The notes under the pieces were generated by a model. It made no database searches and was not told the DNA's origin. It was given only the letters and a program-made list of their open reading frames with translations. A DNA stretch of 58,762 nucleotides from Chiloscyllium plagiosum (lineage: Eukaryota), in NCBI RefSeq assembly GCF_004010195.1, contig NC_057718.1, positions 105,750,283 through 105,809,044 on the forward strand, in the 5' to 3' direction. Positions within the stretch are counted from its first letter, which is position 1, and each line of letters begins with the position of its first letter. The position numbers were made by a program, and so were the translations under genes. Shown here piece by piece: positions 1 to 13,025 of the stretch.

Positions 1-124
1 CGGGCATTGGATAGGTATATGGAGGATAGTGGGCTAGTGTAGGTTAGGTGGGCTTGGATCGGCGCAACATCGAGGGCCGAAGGGCCTGTACTGCGCTGTA
101 TTCTTCTATGTTCTATGTTCTATG
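1..124 (+). mobile_element. CR1 LINE 3' end with (TTCTATG)n tail
   Basis: 3' UTR gagggccgaagggcctgtactgcgctgta plus microsatellite tail. Same subfamily as the minus copy at 41897-42567. Confidence 0.85.
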
Positions 125-2455
125 TTAACAGCACTATCCACCTGGGTGACAACTTTCAGGGATGTATGTACATGGACTCCAAGAATCTTTCCACTGACCC
201 AGTACTCTGCCTTCCTGTTATTCTTCCCAAAGTGCAACACCTCACATTTAGCTGCACTGAACTCCATTTGCCACCTCTCAGCCCAATTCTGCAGTTTATC
301 CAAGTCCCCCTGCAACCCGTAACATTCTTCCAAATTGTCCACTACTCTACCGACTTTAGTGTCGTCTGCAAATTTACTAATCCATCCACCTATTCCTGCG
401 TTTAAGTCATTTATAAAAATGACGAAAACAGTGGTCCCAAAACAGATCCTTGTGGCACACCACTCGTAACTGGACTCCAGACTGAATATTTTCCATCAAC
501 CACCACTCGCTGCCTTCTTTCAGAAAGCCAATTTCTAATCCAAACTGCTAAATCACCCTCAATTCCATGTCTCTGCATTTTTTCCAATAGCCTACCATGT
601 AGAACCTTATCAAAGGCTTTACTGAAGTCCATGTATACCACGTCAACTGCCCTACCCTCATCTACATGCTTGGTCACCTTCTCAAAAAACTCAGAGGTTT
701 GTGAGACACGGCCTGCCCTTGACGAAACCATGTTGACTATCTGAAATCAAATTGTTGCTTGCTAGATGATCATAAATCTTATCTCTTATAATCCTTTCCA
801 AAATATTTCCTACAACAGAAGTAAGGCTCACTGGTCTATAATTACCTGGGTCATCTCTGCTGCCCTTCTTGAACAAGGGCACAACATTTGCAATCCTCCA
901 GTCCTCAGGTACTAAACCTGTAAACAATGACAACTCAAATATCAAAGCCAAAAAGGGTCTGCTAGCTCCTCCCTAGCTTCCCAGAGAATCCTCGGATAAA
1001 TCCCATCCGGCCCAGGGGACTTGCCTACTTTCACTCCTTCGAGAATTGATAACACCTGTGCGTAACTAACCTCGATCCTTTCTAGTCTAATATCTTCTCC
1101 TTTACAATATTCTCCTTTTCCTGAGTGAACACCGATGAGAAATGTTCATTTTGCACCCCTCCAATCTCTACAGGGTCCACACTCAACTTCCCACTTCTGT
1201 CTTTGACTGGCCCTATTCTTACCTAATCATCCTTTTATTCCTCACATACCTATAGAAAGCTTTAGGGTTCTCCTTTATTCTATTTGCTAAAGACTGCTCC
1301 GTGTCCTCTCCATGCTCTTCTTAACTCTCTCCTTAAATCCTTCCTAGCTGATCTGTAACTCTCCATCGCCTCATCTGTACCATCTTGCCTCATCAACAAA
1401 TAAGCCTCTTTCTTCTTCTTAACAAGAGATGCAATTTCTGTAGTAAACCACAGTTCCCTTACTTTATCACTTCCTCCCTGCCTGACAGGGACATACGTAT
1501 CCAGACCACATAATATCTGTTCCTTAAACCAGCTCCACATTTCGATTGTCTGCATACCCTGCATTTTGCTACCCCATTCTACGCGTCCTAATTCTTGCCT
1601 AATCGCATTATAATTGCCGTTGCCCCATCGATAACTCTTGACCTGTACCTATCTCTTGCCATCGCTAAACTAAACGTAACTGAATTATGGTCACGCTCTC
1701 CAAAGTGCTCACCTACAACTAAATCAAACACCTGGCCTGGTTCATTACCAAGCACCAGATCCAGTGTGGCCTCACCTCTTGTCGGCCCTTCGACATACTG
1801 TGTCATGAAACCCTCCTGTACACATTGGACAAAAACTGATCCATCTGACGCACTGGAGCTATAACATTTCCAGTCAATATTGGGGAAGTTAAAGTCCCCC
1901 ATAATGACCACCCTGTTCCTTTCACTCCTACTCAGAATAATTTTGCTAATCCTCTCTTCCAACTCCCTGGAACTCTGCGGAGGCTAATGAAAAACTCCAA
2001 GCAGTGTGACCTCTCCTCTCCTGTTTCTAACCTCAGCCCACACTACCTCAGTAGACGTGTCCTCATCAAAAATTCTCTCAGCCACTGTTACACTATCTTT
2101 GACTAACAAGGCCACGCCTGTCCCTCTTTTACCGCCTTGCCTGTTTTTAATGAAAGATCTAAACCCTGGAATCTGCAACATCCATTCCCCATCCTGCTCT
2201 ATCCATGTCTCCGAAATGGCCACAACATCGAAGCCCCAGGTACCTAACCATGCTACAAGCTCACCTACCTTATTTCAGATACTTCTGGCGTTGAAGTAGA
2301 CACACTTCAAACCAGTTTGCTGTCTGCCAGCACATTCCTGTGAGACCGTGAAATCCTGTCCCTGTCCTTCCTACTCTCATCCTCCTGTGCACTGCAACTA
2401 CACCTCCGGTTCCCATCCCCCTGCTGAGCTAGTTTAAACACACCCGAATAGCTCC
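125..2455 (-). mobile_element. CR1 LINE, decayed ORF2 (APE endonuclease + RT), 3'-truncated
   Basis: Fragments [66 protein letters not shown], separated by frameshifts. Confidence 0.93.
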
Positions 2456-2825
2456 AGCAGTTATCTCACACAGTTCCTTTTAATTTCAGCAATGATGACA
2501 AACTGCTGGTCTTTTCGCACTTCAAGAATTGATCAGGTGAACCTATTTGTTTTCTTGTAAGAATTTTTTTCTTTTCAGCTTTCTTAGATTTTCTGTCTAA
2601 CAACTTGCATGGACAGTGGCAGAGCAAGAGATATGTTCACAGTTTGCAGGCTCTGGATGCATCTGACTGCCCACATATTTACTGATTTGCAACAAGCTAA
2701 AAACAAATTCAAGGGCCTTCATCAAGCAGTTTCTCCTCAACTCAAACATTACCTGCGTTGCTCAGCTTCAAAGCATTCTCCTCACTGCTTCGAAAAGCAA
2801 CACTGTCTAGAAATATGCACCACTT

Positions 2826-3940
2826 AGTCATAAAGTCATAGAGATGTACAGCATTGAAACAGACCCTTTGGTCCAACCTGTCCACGCCGACCAGATATCC
2901 CAACCCAATCTAGTCCCACTGCCAGCACCTGGCCCATATCCCTCCAAACCCTTCCTATTCATATACCCATCCAAATGCCTTTTAAATGTTGTCATTGTAC
3001 CAGCCTCCACCACTTCCTCTGGCAGCTCATTCCATACACGTACCACTCTCTGTGTGAAACATTGCCCCTTAGGTCTCTTTTATATCTTTCCCCTCTCACC
3101 CTAAACCTATGCCCTCTAGTTCTGGACTCCCTGACCCCAGAGAAAAGATTTTGTCTATTTACCCTATCCATGCCCCTCATAATTTTATAAATCTCTATAA
3201 TGTCACCCCTCACCCTCCAACGCTCCAGGAAAAACAGCCCCAGCCTGTTCAGCCTCTCCCTGTAGCTCAGATCCTCCAACCCTGGCAACATCCTTGTAAA
3301 TCTTTTCTGAACCCTTTCAAGTTTCACAACATCTTTCCAATAGGAAGGAGACCAGAATTACACGCAATATTCCAACAATGGCCTAACCAATGTCCTGTAC
3401 AGCCGCAACATGACCTCCCAACTCCTGTACTCAATACTCTTGACCAATAAAGGAAAGCATACCTTTACTATCCTAGCCTTCTTCACTATCCTAGCTACCT
3501 GCAACTCCACTTTCAAGGAGCTAATGAACCTGCACTCCAAGGTCTCTTTGTTCAGCTACACTCCCTAGGACCTTATCATTAAGTGTATAAGTCCTGCTAA
3601 GATTTGCTTTCCCAAAATGCAGCACCTCACATTTATCTGAATTAAACTCCATCTGCCACTTCTCAGCCCATTGGCCCATCTGATCAAGATCCCGTTGTAA
3701 TCTGAGGTAACCCTCTTCGCTGTCCACTACACCTCCAATTTTGGTGTCATCTGCAAACTTACTAACTGTACCTCTTATGCTCGTATCCAAATCATTTATG
3801 TAAATGACAAAAAGGAGAGGATCCTTGTGGCACTCCACTGGTCACAGGCTTCAGTCTAAAAAACAACCCTCCACCATCACCCTCTGTCTTCTACCTTTGA
3901 GCCAGTTCTGCATCCAAATGGCTAGTTCTCCCTGTATCCA
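2826..3940 (-). mobile_element. CR1 LINE 3' portion
   Basis: [28 protein letters not shown] motifs; 3' UTR and tail at 2826-2850. Confidence 0.92.
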
Positions 3941-3950
3941 CTTGATGTTT

Positions 3951-5050
3951 TAGAACATAGAACATAGAAAAGTACAGCACAGAACAGGCCCTTAGACTCA
4001 CGATGTTGTGCCGAGGATTAATCCTCATGTAAAATAAAATAACTTAACCTACGCACCCCTCAACTCTGCTATCCATGTGCATATGTCCAGCAGCCGCTTA
4101 AATGTCCCTAATGACTGCTTGCACCAGCACCACTGGCAACGCATTCCATGCATTTAAACTCTCTTCGTAAAGAACCTTCCTCTGATGTCCCCCTCTCTAT
4201 ACCTTCCTTCTAATATCTTAAAACTATAACCCCCCCCCGTGCCAGTCAATCCTGCCCTGGGGAAAAGTCTCTGGCTATTGACTCTATCCATGCCTCTCAT
4301 TATCTTGTATTCCTCAATCAGGTCACCTCTCTTCCTCCTCCTCTCCAGAGAGGAAAGTCCGAGCTTAGTCAACCTCTCTTTATAAGATAAGCCCTCCAGT
4401 CCAGGCAGCATCCTGGTAAAACTTTTTTTCACCATATCCAAAGCCTCCGTATCTTCCCTATAGTAGGGCGACCAGAACTGGACACAATATTCCAAGTGTG
4501 GTCTCACCAGGGACTTGTAGAGCTGCAGCAAAACCTCGCGGCTCTTAACCTCAATCCCCCTGTTAATGAAAGCCAAAACACCATATGCTTTCTTAACAAC
4601 TCTATCCACTTGGGTGGCAACTTTAAGGGATCTATGTACTTGAACACCAAGAGACCTCTCTTCCTCCATACTACCAAGAATCCTGCCTTTAATCTTATAT
4701 TCAGCATTCAAGTTCAACCTTCCAAAATGCATTACCAAAATCCAGGTTGAACTCCTTCTGCCAATTCTCAGCCCAGCTCTACGTCCTGTCTATATCACAC
4801 TGCAGCCTGCAATAGCTCTTGATACTATCAACTGCACCTCCAACCTTTGTGTCATTGGCAAATCTAATCACCCACCCCTCAATCTCCTCATCCAAGTCAT
4901 TTATAAAAACTACAAAGACTAGATGCCCAAGAACAGAGCCCTGCAGGACACCACTCAACACTGACTGCTAGGCAGAATAATTTCCATCTACCTTCTGTCA
5001 GCCAACCAATTCTGAATCCAGATAGCCAAATCTCCCTGTATCCATACTTC
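3951..5050 (-). mobile_element. CR1 LINE 3' portion
   Basis: 194-aa ORF with LVRPHLEYCVQFWSPYY; (agaacat)n tail at 3951. Confidence 0.92.
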
Positions 5051-5053
5051 CTG

Positions 5054-5156
5054 AATGTGCAAACTCCACATAGACAGTCGCCCAAGGCTGGAATCAAACC
5101 TGGGTCCCTGGTACTGTGAGGCAGCAGTGCTAACCACTGAGCCACCGTGCCGTCCC
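5054..5156 (-). mobile_element. HE1-type V-SINE, 5' tRNA-derived fragment
   Basis: Reverse complement GCACGGTGGCTCAGTGGTTAGCACTGCTGCCTCACAG...GGGTTTGATTCC contains pol III A/B boxes. Confidence 0.85.
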
Positions 5157-5159
5157 AGG

Positions 5160-5575
5160 GACAGGCTGAGACTGTTTTCCCTGGAGCGTCGGAGGCTAAG
5201 GGGTGACCTTATGGAGGTTTAGAAAATCATGAGGGGCATGGATAGGATAAATAGACAAAATCTTTTCCCTGAGGTGGGGTAGTACAGAACTAGGAGGGCA
5301 TAGATTTAGGGTGAGAGGGGTAACATATAAGAGAGACCTAAGAGGCAACGTTTTCACGCAGATGGTGGTACATATATGGAATGAGCTGCCAGAGGAAGAG
5401 GTGGAGACTAGTACAATTGCAACATTTAAAAGGTATCTGGATGGGTACATGAATAGGAAGGATTTGGAGGGATATGGGCCGGATGCAAGTGGGACTAGAT
5501 TAAGTTGGGATATCTGGTCAGTATGGGCGGGTTGGACCGAAGGGTCTGTTTCCATGCTGTATATCTCTATAACTC
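5160..5575 (+). mobile_element. CR1 LINE 3' end
   Basis: RGDLMEV, WNELPEE motifs and 3' UTR ggaccgaagggtctgtttcc. Confidence 0.88.
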
Positions 5576-5608
5576 GCTACTATGTCAGTAGTGAGTTGCG
5601 AATGATAG

Positions 5609-5826
5609 ATTAAAAATCACACTGCACCAGGTTATAGTCCAACAGGTTTAATTGGAAGTACTAGCTTTCAGAGCGCTGCTCCTTCATCTGGTGGTTTTGT
5701 CTGTAGCTGATGAAGGAGCAGCACTCCAAAAGCTAGTGCTTCCAATTAAACCTGTTGCACAATAACCTGGTGTTGTGTGATTTTTAACCTTGTACACCCC
5801 AGTCCAACAACATTTTCAAATCATGA
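5609..5826. mobile_element. Short foldback non-autonomous PLE derivative (family A) with two mutated HHR motifs
   Basis: Arms taaaaatcacac...ccttcatc and gatgaagg...gtgtgatttttaa are inverted. A ~40-nt tail lies on the right arm only. Flanking direct repeat gaatgatag at 5600-5608 and 5827-5835. Confidence 0.8.
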
Positions 5827-6058
5827 GAATGATAGTGCGGTTTCTAAAATATTAGCAAAACAACCAGCAGAACTGAGTGAATGACAATTATTATTCTCAT
5901 GGCTTAATGCCTTGTGCCAATTGGTTTTTTAGAACCAAAAGCTTTACAAGAGTATAAACTCTCAACGACAGCATGAAACAGCGTTAATGCAAAATCTGTA
6001 CTGTTGTATTTTAAAAATTACCATTTTGTATGTACTACAGTGAAATAAAACTTTATAC

Positions 6059-6190
6059 CTTCTATATCAGGATCATCATCTGGGTCTCCAAAAGGATTCA
6101 GTCCAGAAGTATCAAACTCTCTAAATGGGTCGAGTCTTGTGATAGGGGGCTCCTCCTCCTCTTCCAAAATATTGAGTTTATTGATAAGTT
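6059..6190 (-). CDS. EHBP1: EHBP1 internal exon (132 nt), NPF-motif region
   Basis: ttttgcag|AA CTT ATC AAT AAA...ATA GAA G|gtataa. Encodes ELINKLNILEEEEEPPITRLDPFREFDTSGLNPFGDPDDDPDIE; ELINKLN and LNPFGDPD match EHBP1. Not in the ORF track. Confidence 0.95.
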
Positions 6191-6959
6191 CTGCAAAAGT
6201 TAGTTACATAACTTTATTCCATATTTTTGCACATGATCTTCAATCTAGTATAAAACTATTAAAAGAGATCAATGTAAAGATATCAATTTAAAAAAGCTCG
6301 GAATAAAACCTGCTGCACTTGCCCAAAATTTTAAAATTTAACAAGGTGGGTAGAATGCGGCATTGAGAGAGAGAGATCATACAGTGGTCAATACAATTCT
6401 ATGAAAAGCTGCATTACGCAGGTACACTGCAAGCAGAGGTGGGGCAAGGAATTCCATTGCAAAGGAAAATCAGGTGGTCTAAAACGGGGAATAACAGATA
6501 GCTCTCAATGACTAACGCAAACAAAACTTCTTGGAGCAAATGATTTGCATCTTAGTGTTTGGAATATGTTACAAGTGAATTAGGAAGATAATGCTTCAGA
6601 AAATAAATTCTCTGCTATAATAAATAAATATTTCAATGTAAATACCAGCATTAATTGTTTTATCTTCAATTACATTTCTTTGAACGTATTCAATTAAGGC
6701 TTTGTAGATACGAGGCCAGTAGAACACAATGAGGGTTTCACACTTGTATCTTTATCGCAATCAATAATATCCTGTACATACTCCAAAATCACAATGAGCA
6801 TGGTACAAAAACAAAGTAGTTTTATTAAATCTTGAAATTACTTAAGTTTAGTCCTTCTATCATAATTTTCAAACTAAAAGCTTTTTTGTAGTAGCATTAC
6901 TAAACGTACCTAGAATCAGTTTTATGAGTCTTTTTTTAAATCAGGACCATCGCAAAGTA

Positions 6960-7393
6960 CTGTATATACTCGAGTAATAGACAAATGTTTTGACTACTTT
7001 TTAAGGTTAAACTTATGGGGTCAACTATTATATGAATACTACTTTTGAGGGGCTGAAATTCATGCTTATCAAATTCATACCATATCTTTAGCAGAAGCCC
7101 AAGTGATCTCTAAACGAATGAAAAAGAAACGAATTATGGTAATTCTGAAAACCTTAATTGGGAAAAAAACAGCCAGCGGACTGGAAGGCTGGGAGCGGAA
7201 CAACCAGCTGACTGGAACACTGGAGCGGGGCGGGACGTGACGGCGGCACACTGACTCATAAACAGTAATATGTTATCTGTGAAGAACTAATGTCGACTTT
7301 TACATGAGATATATTGAAAATTCGAGGTTATTTGGCTAAAACTAAGGGGTCAATTTTTACGTGAGATTAACTATTACTCGAGTATATATACGA
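6960..7393. mobile_element. Tc1/mariner (Tc2/pogo-like) non-autonomous DNA transposon (MITE)
   Basis: TIRs ctgtatatactcgagtaatag / ctattactcgagtatatatacga; TA dinucleotides at 6958-59 and 7394-95; no transposase. Confidence 0.8.
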
Positions 7394-8319
7394 TACCTCC
7401 CCGAAATCTCCTCACCACCAGATATACCCATTTACTATGACAGAACTTGGTTAAAGATAGTTAGTACAATCAGGAGCGTGACCAATATGAAGTTTAATAA
7501 TTAAAATACAAGGAAAGGAAGATGGTGAGGACAGTGGAGCATCTGTTTAATTGAAAAATAACTATAGTTTTTTTTTTGTTTATTTGTTGTAATCCACAAG
7601 TTGTGTTACTAATTCAAAGAGACCTGTCAATATATCTGAGTTGAACTAAGACTTCAAAGACAACTCCAACAAATTTATGAGTTCTGTATTTTCACAATGC
7701 CAGGTCTAAAACCCTCATCAAAATAAGATTTCCACTGTAGTCCAAAATTACAACTTGTTAGTATTTTTCTTGTGCAGTAATGCCTGAGTGGTAAATGCAG
7801 ACTGGGAATTATGCTGAACCAATACAGAAGCAGCAAACTTGCTTTTCCATTTCTGTCAGGAAGAATGAATTCTATCCACCAAGTCAAGTTGAGTATTCTT
7901 ATTTTCACCACCACAACATAGTAAAGAAATGTAATATCTTTGGTCAGATGAAATTGTAACATTATTCTGGTGAATAATGAACATAGTACACAGTGGATTT
8001 TTTCAGGGATGATGGTCATACAGAGCAGGACGACTTAATAATCAAAGCCTGAAACTCCTAGTCCTATAACGTAACTCAGTGCAAGGGTCAATTTTCTGCA
8101 ACTCCTACACACCATGGAATCCAGAGGATCAACCACATTCAGCAGAACATTACTGAAAAGATCAACTGTTGAGAACAAAGCCTTGACTATCATCTCACAT
8201 TTACTAAACCTGGAAAGCAAGGATTATGACATAAAGGTTTTCTAGGTGCAGGTGGAATAAATTAAGCACAAATGATTGCTTCATAGGCTGGGACCCTTTG
8301 CCCCTTGAACATAAGAGGT

Positions 8320-8697
8320 TCAGGGGATGACCTTATTGAGGCTTATAAAATCATGAGAGGCATAGACATGGTGAATACCAAAGGTCTTTTCCTTAGAGTA
8401 GAGGGAGTTCAAAGCTAGAGGGCATTGGTTTAAGGCGAGCAGGGAAAGATTTAAAAGGGACCTAAGGGGCAACTTCTTCACGCAGAGAGTAGTACATATG
8501 AAATAAACTGCCAAAGGAAGTGGTAGAGGTGGGCACAATTACAACATTTAAAAGATATCTGGCCAGATACACGAAGAAGAAAGGTTTAGCTGGATATGGG
8601 CCAAGAGCAGGCCAATGGGACTAGTTTAGTTTTGGAAAAACTGATTGGAATGAACGAGTTGGACCAAAGGATCTGTTTCTGTGCTATATGACTCTAT
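8320..8697 (+). mobile_element. CR1 LINE 3' end
   Basis: gatgaccttattgag...ggaccaaaggatctgtttctgtgctatatgactctat. Confidence 0.85.
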
Positions 8698-9031
8698 CAT
8701 GAAAGTATAACAAATGCAAGCCTTTTGGCCCACAAAAACCTACATTTCCAAAAAAAAAACTAGACTTTCCCTATTTATACCAGTTTAGCAGGTAAAACTG
8801 TACAGAAATACACCATAATCATCAATGGTAATCCAAGCAGAACCCCAAAACCGTCCACTTTCATTCAATCTTCACTGTTCACCCACGCTCAAAGCTTCAA
8901 CGAAAACAAAATTTCAATGAAGTTCGAAATCTGCAATCCTGGTCTAGATATTTATCCATAAATTGTGGAAAAGGAAACTGATGAGATTGAATCATTTTTG
9001 AAAAGTTCACATATCCATTCCTACATAAAGG

Positions 9032-9833
9032 TGTGATGAGATTTCATGAAGTTATTGTTATTTGGAAACCTGAATTTTAAAGTAGACAGAATCATGTCTA
9101 GTTTAGGATTTTTTTTGTAATTTCATATTGTTTTGTTAAGAAAGAGAGGACAGTTTTAGTTACCTGAGGTTTTGTTTACCTGCATCTAAGTGAGGTCTCC
9201 AAACCCTCTGGATGAATAGTTCAAAGCATTAGAAACAAGGTCAAAGAAATAAAATTGTGTTTGCCTGGCAATAAGGTATCCTATGACACCAAGACTGAAT
9301 CATCCAAAAGGCCAGGGAGAGTGTGCAGGTTCAGTCCTACGAGAATAATGCATTAACTTTAGCAATCTCCAAAAGAAAAATCAGAGCTAGGGAAAATGTC
9401 CTGAGTGACCAAGGATCAATTGTTCAAAATTAGAAAATTGCTGGAAGTTTTATATACTTGTTCTGAAAGTGCTTAGAAGTCAATAAGAAGAAAGCTCCAG
9501 GAACCAATGATAGCTGCGCCGATTGAATGTGGAACTTTAAAGTAGACACAGGTGACCTTTCACCAGTATGTGAATATTTGTAAGGATGTTATTGAAGACA
9601 AAAGAGTTGAATATTTATTTGATATTTTTAATAGAATGGTCTTAAATTATTGGTGTATAGTGTAAAATACCTTTTTGTTTTGTGTGTAATAAACTTTGGG
9701 TTTCTTCTGTTAAAACTGTACTGGCACCCTCTCATGAATATGTTCAGTAAATACCATTACAAACAAAACTTATCAAGCCAGGTTTCACATTAGGTCTGAC
9801 TTGTCCAATATTACCATTAGCTTGGATCAAAGC
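9032..9833 (+). mobile_element. Possible old solo LTR
   Basis: Starts TGTGATG, has AATAAA near 9688 and a U5-like end (atcaagccaggtttcac...ggatca). Pattern recognition only. Confidence 0.35.
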
Positions 9834-9994
9834 CCAAAGGGGGAAAACAAAATCTTTCATTTGAGATCAACTAATTTTAAATCCAGTCCATAGCTCTGAT
9901 CTCAAAATCAAAGTTAAAACACTTAATCTAAGAGTGTGAATTTTTGTTCTTGGATTTCTCAAGTTTGGAACCGGGATGGAGATTGAGCACAACA

Positions 9995-10240
9995 GTTAGA
10001 AACCTAGAATTTAGGAGCAGGATTAGGTTACTTGGTTCCTCAAGGCTGCTCTGCTATTCAATAAGATCATGGCTGATCGGTGTTTAGTCTCATCACCCAC
10101 TTTCCTGACTGACTCCATAGCCATCAACTGCCTTGTCTATCAAATAACTCCAAACTCAGCCAAACAAATGGATTCAATGACCTAACCTCCATGTCTTCTG
10201 AGGGAAAATGACCATCAGAGGAAAAAAAACTTTCTTCATT
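9995..10240 (-). mobile_element. Old CR1 3' tail
   Basis: agaaacctagaatttaggagcagg...ttcaataagatcatggctgatc, typical of older CR1 3' UTRs. Confidence 0.65.
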
Positions 10241-10529
10241 TCCAAGGCTTTTACACAATATTAACATATCATTTTACAGACATGAAATGCTCAGCTGTGG
10301 GACTGAGATTTATCAAGCTTGATCAATACAAGATCCTCAAAAACAGCAGAGCAAGGGAACTTTCATCCCATCCAACTGCACTGGAAATGATGAAAGTTTT
10401 GAGCTGTGCAAATACAGTATCCTAACCAATTGTAGAGCTCACTCATCTATATAACTTGAGTATAATCTTTTCAACTTTAGTCTACCCCAATCATTGAAAA
10501 TCATTTAATTCAAATAAAAATTTTACTCT

Positions 10530-12292
10530 TACGTGAGGAATAAGAGAACGATCAGGGAGAAGGTAGCACTGGTCAGGCATAGTGTAGGGACCTTGTACAT
10601 GGAGTCTGAGCAGATAGGGGAAGGCCTAAATTAGTTTCTTGCCTTGGTTTTCACTAAGGAAAGAGACCTTGTCGTGAATGAGAACTTTGAGGTGCTGGGA
10701 TACAGGCTTGAACAGGTCGAGATTGATGAAGTCGATATGCTGGAAATTTTGGCAAACATTAAGATTGATAAGTCCCAGGGCGAGACCAGATTTATCCTAG
10801 GTTGCTCCAGGAAGTTAGAAAGGAGGTTGCTAAGCTGCTAGCGAAGATCTTTGCTTCCTCACTCTCCATGGGAGTCGTACCAGAGGATTGGAAAGAGGCA
10901 AATGTTGTTCCTCTTTTCAAGAAGGGCAATAGGGAAATCCCTGACAATTACAGACCAGTAGTCTTATGTCTGTGGTCAGCAAGGTTTTGGAAAGAATTCT
11001 GAGGGATAGGATTTATGACTGTAAAAACATCACGTGATAAAAGGCAGTCAGCATGGCTTTGTGAGGGGCAGGTCATGCCTCACAAATCTTATTGAGTTCG
11101 AGGAGGTGACGAAACAGTGCAACGAATGTCGAGCAGAAGATGTGGTGTATATGGACTTCAGCAAGGTTCCCCATAGTAGGCTAATTCATAAAGTCAGGAG
11201 GTATGGGATACAGGGAGATTTGGCTATCTGGATTCTGAATTGGTTGGCTGACAGAAGGCAGAGAGTGGTTGCAGAAGGAAAGTATTCTGCCTAGAGGTCA
11301 GTGTTGAGTGGTGTCCCGCAGGGCTCTGTTCTTGGGCCTCTGCTCTTTGTAGGTTTTATAAATGACTTGGATGAGGAGGTTGAGGGGTGGATTAGTACAT
11401 TTGCCAATGACACAAAGGTTGGAGGTGCTGTTGATAGTATGATATAGACAGGCTGCAGTATGATATAGACAGATGTAGAGCTGGACTGAGAAACGGCAGA
11501 TGGAGTTCAAACTGGATAAATGCGAAGTGATGCATTTTGGAAGGTCAAACTCGTATGCTGAATATAGGATTAAAGACAGGATTCTCAGCAGTGTGGAGGA
11601 ACAAAGGGATCTTGTTGTTCAAGTACATAGATCCCTCAAAGTTGCCACCAAGTGGATAGAGTTGTTAAAAGAGCATATAGTGTTTTGGCTTTCATTAACG
11701 AGTTTAAGAGCCGCGAGGTTTTGTTGCAGCTCTACAAGTCCCTGGTGAAACCACAATTGGAATATTGTGTCCAGTTCTGTTCACCCTACTATAGGAAAGA
11801 TATGGAGGCTTTGGAGAGGGTGCAAAGAAGGTTTACCAGGATGCTGCCTGGATTGAGGGCTTGTCTTATGAAGAGAGGTTGACTAAGCTCAGACTTTTCT
11901 CTCTGGAGAGGAGAAAGAGAGGTGACCTGATTGAGGTATACAAGGTAATGAGAGGTATGGATATAGTCAATAGCCAGACTTTTCCCCAGGACAGGATTGA
12001 CTGGCACGACGGGTCATAGTTTTAAGATATTAGGAGGAAGGTATAGAGGAGACGTCAGAGGTAGGTTCTTCATGCAGAGCTGTGAAGGCATAGAATGCAT
12101 TGCAAGCAGTGGTGCTGGTGCAAACAGAGTCATTAGGGACATTTAAGTGACTGCTGGACATGCGCATGAATAGCAGTGAATTGAGGGTGCGCAGGTTAGG
12201 TTATTTTATTTTAGATTAGGAATAATTCTCGGCACATCGTGGGTCGAAGGACCTGTTCTGTGCTGTATGTTTCTATGTTCTACATTCTATGT
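10530..12292 (+). mobile_element. CR1 LINE, 5'-truncated, decayed RT
   Basis: VPEDWKEANVVPLFKKG, QHGFVRGRSCLTNL, LEYCVQF motifs; (ttctatg)n tail. Confidence 0.93.
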
Positions 12293-12732
12293 AGAAAAAT
12301 ACCATAGCTTGCATAGCTTCTGGAACTATATAGCCTTGGATCACCTATAGTGTATCAGAGTAATCTGATTCCTCAAATTCACTTGAATCTGTCAGTTTTA
12401 AGAACTCTAAAATCCTGTCAAAGTGAGGGAAATTACTGAGATCGGCCAACATTATTACTAATACACTTTTGTGAAGCTCTGGACCTTTCTTTATTGAGGT
12501 CTCCTACCACACTGAATGGAACACCTGAAGAATAACTGACGGGCTTACATTGCTAACTTTGGCTTGTTGGCAAGGCAGCTGATTGGTAATATTGCCAGAA
12601 GCTGCAAGTCTATAAATATGACTCAGCATGAATTTCATAAAGGGAGAACTAATGAACGAATGAGACCGGGACTACAAAATAATTGGCACAACTGAACTTT
12701 AAGCTGTGAATATCCTACTTTGCCAGGAAAAT

Positions 12733-13025
12733 AAAGAACATAAGAAATAGTAGTAGGAGTAGGCTATTGAGCCCTTCAAGCTCATTTGCCCATTCAATCA
12801 GCTCACAGCTGATTTTCCATTTCAATAACATTTTTCTGTCCTATCAGCATATCCCTTGATGCTTTTAGCATCCCAACATCTATGGATCTCAGTCTTAAAC
12901 ATGCTCTTGATTGAGCTTCCACAGATTTTGAGGGCAAAGAATTCCAAAAATTCACTACACAGAGAATAAATTCCTCATCGCCATCCTAAATGGATCCCTT
13001 CCTTCGATACAGTGTTCCCTGGTTC
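12733..13025 (-). mobile_element. Old CR1 3' tail
   Basis: aagaacataagaaatagtagtaggagtaggctattgagccc 3' UTR pattern. Confidence 0.65.
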
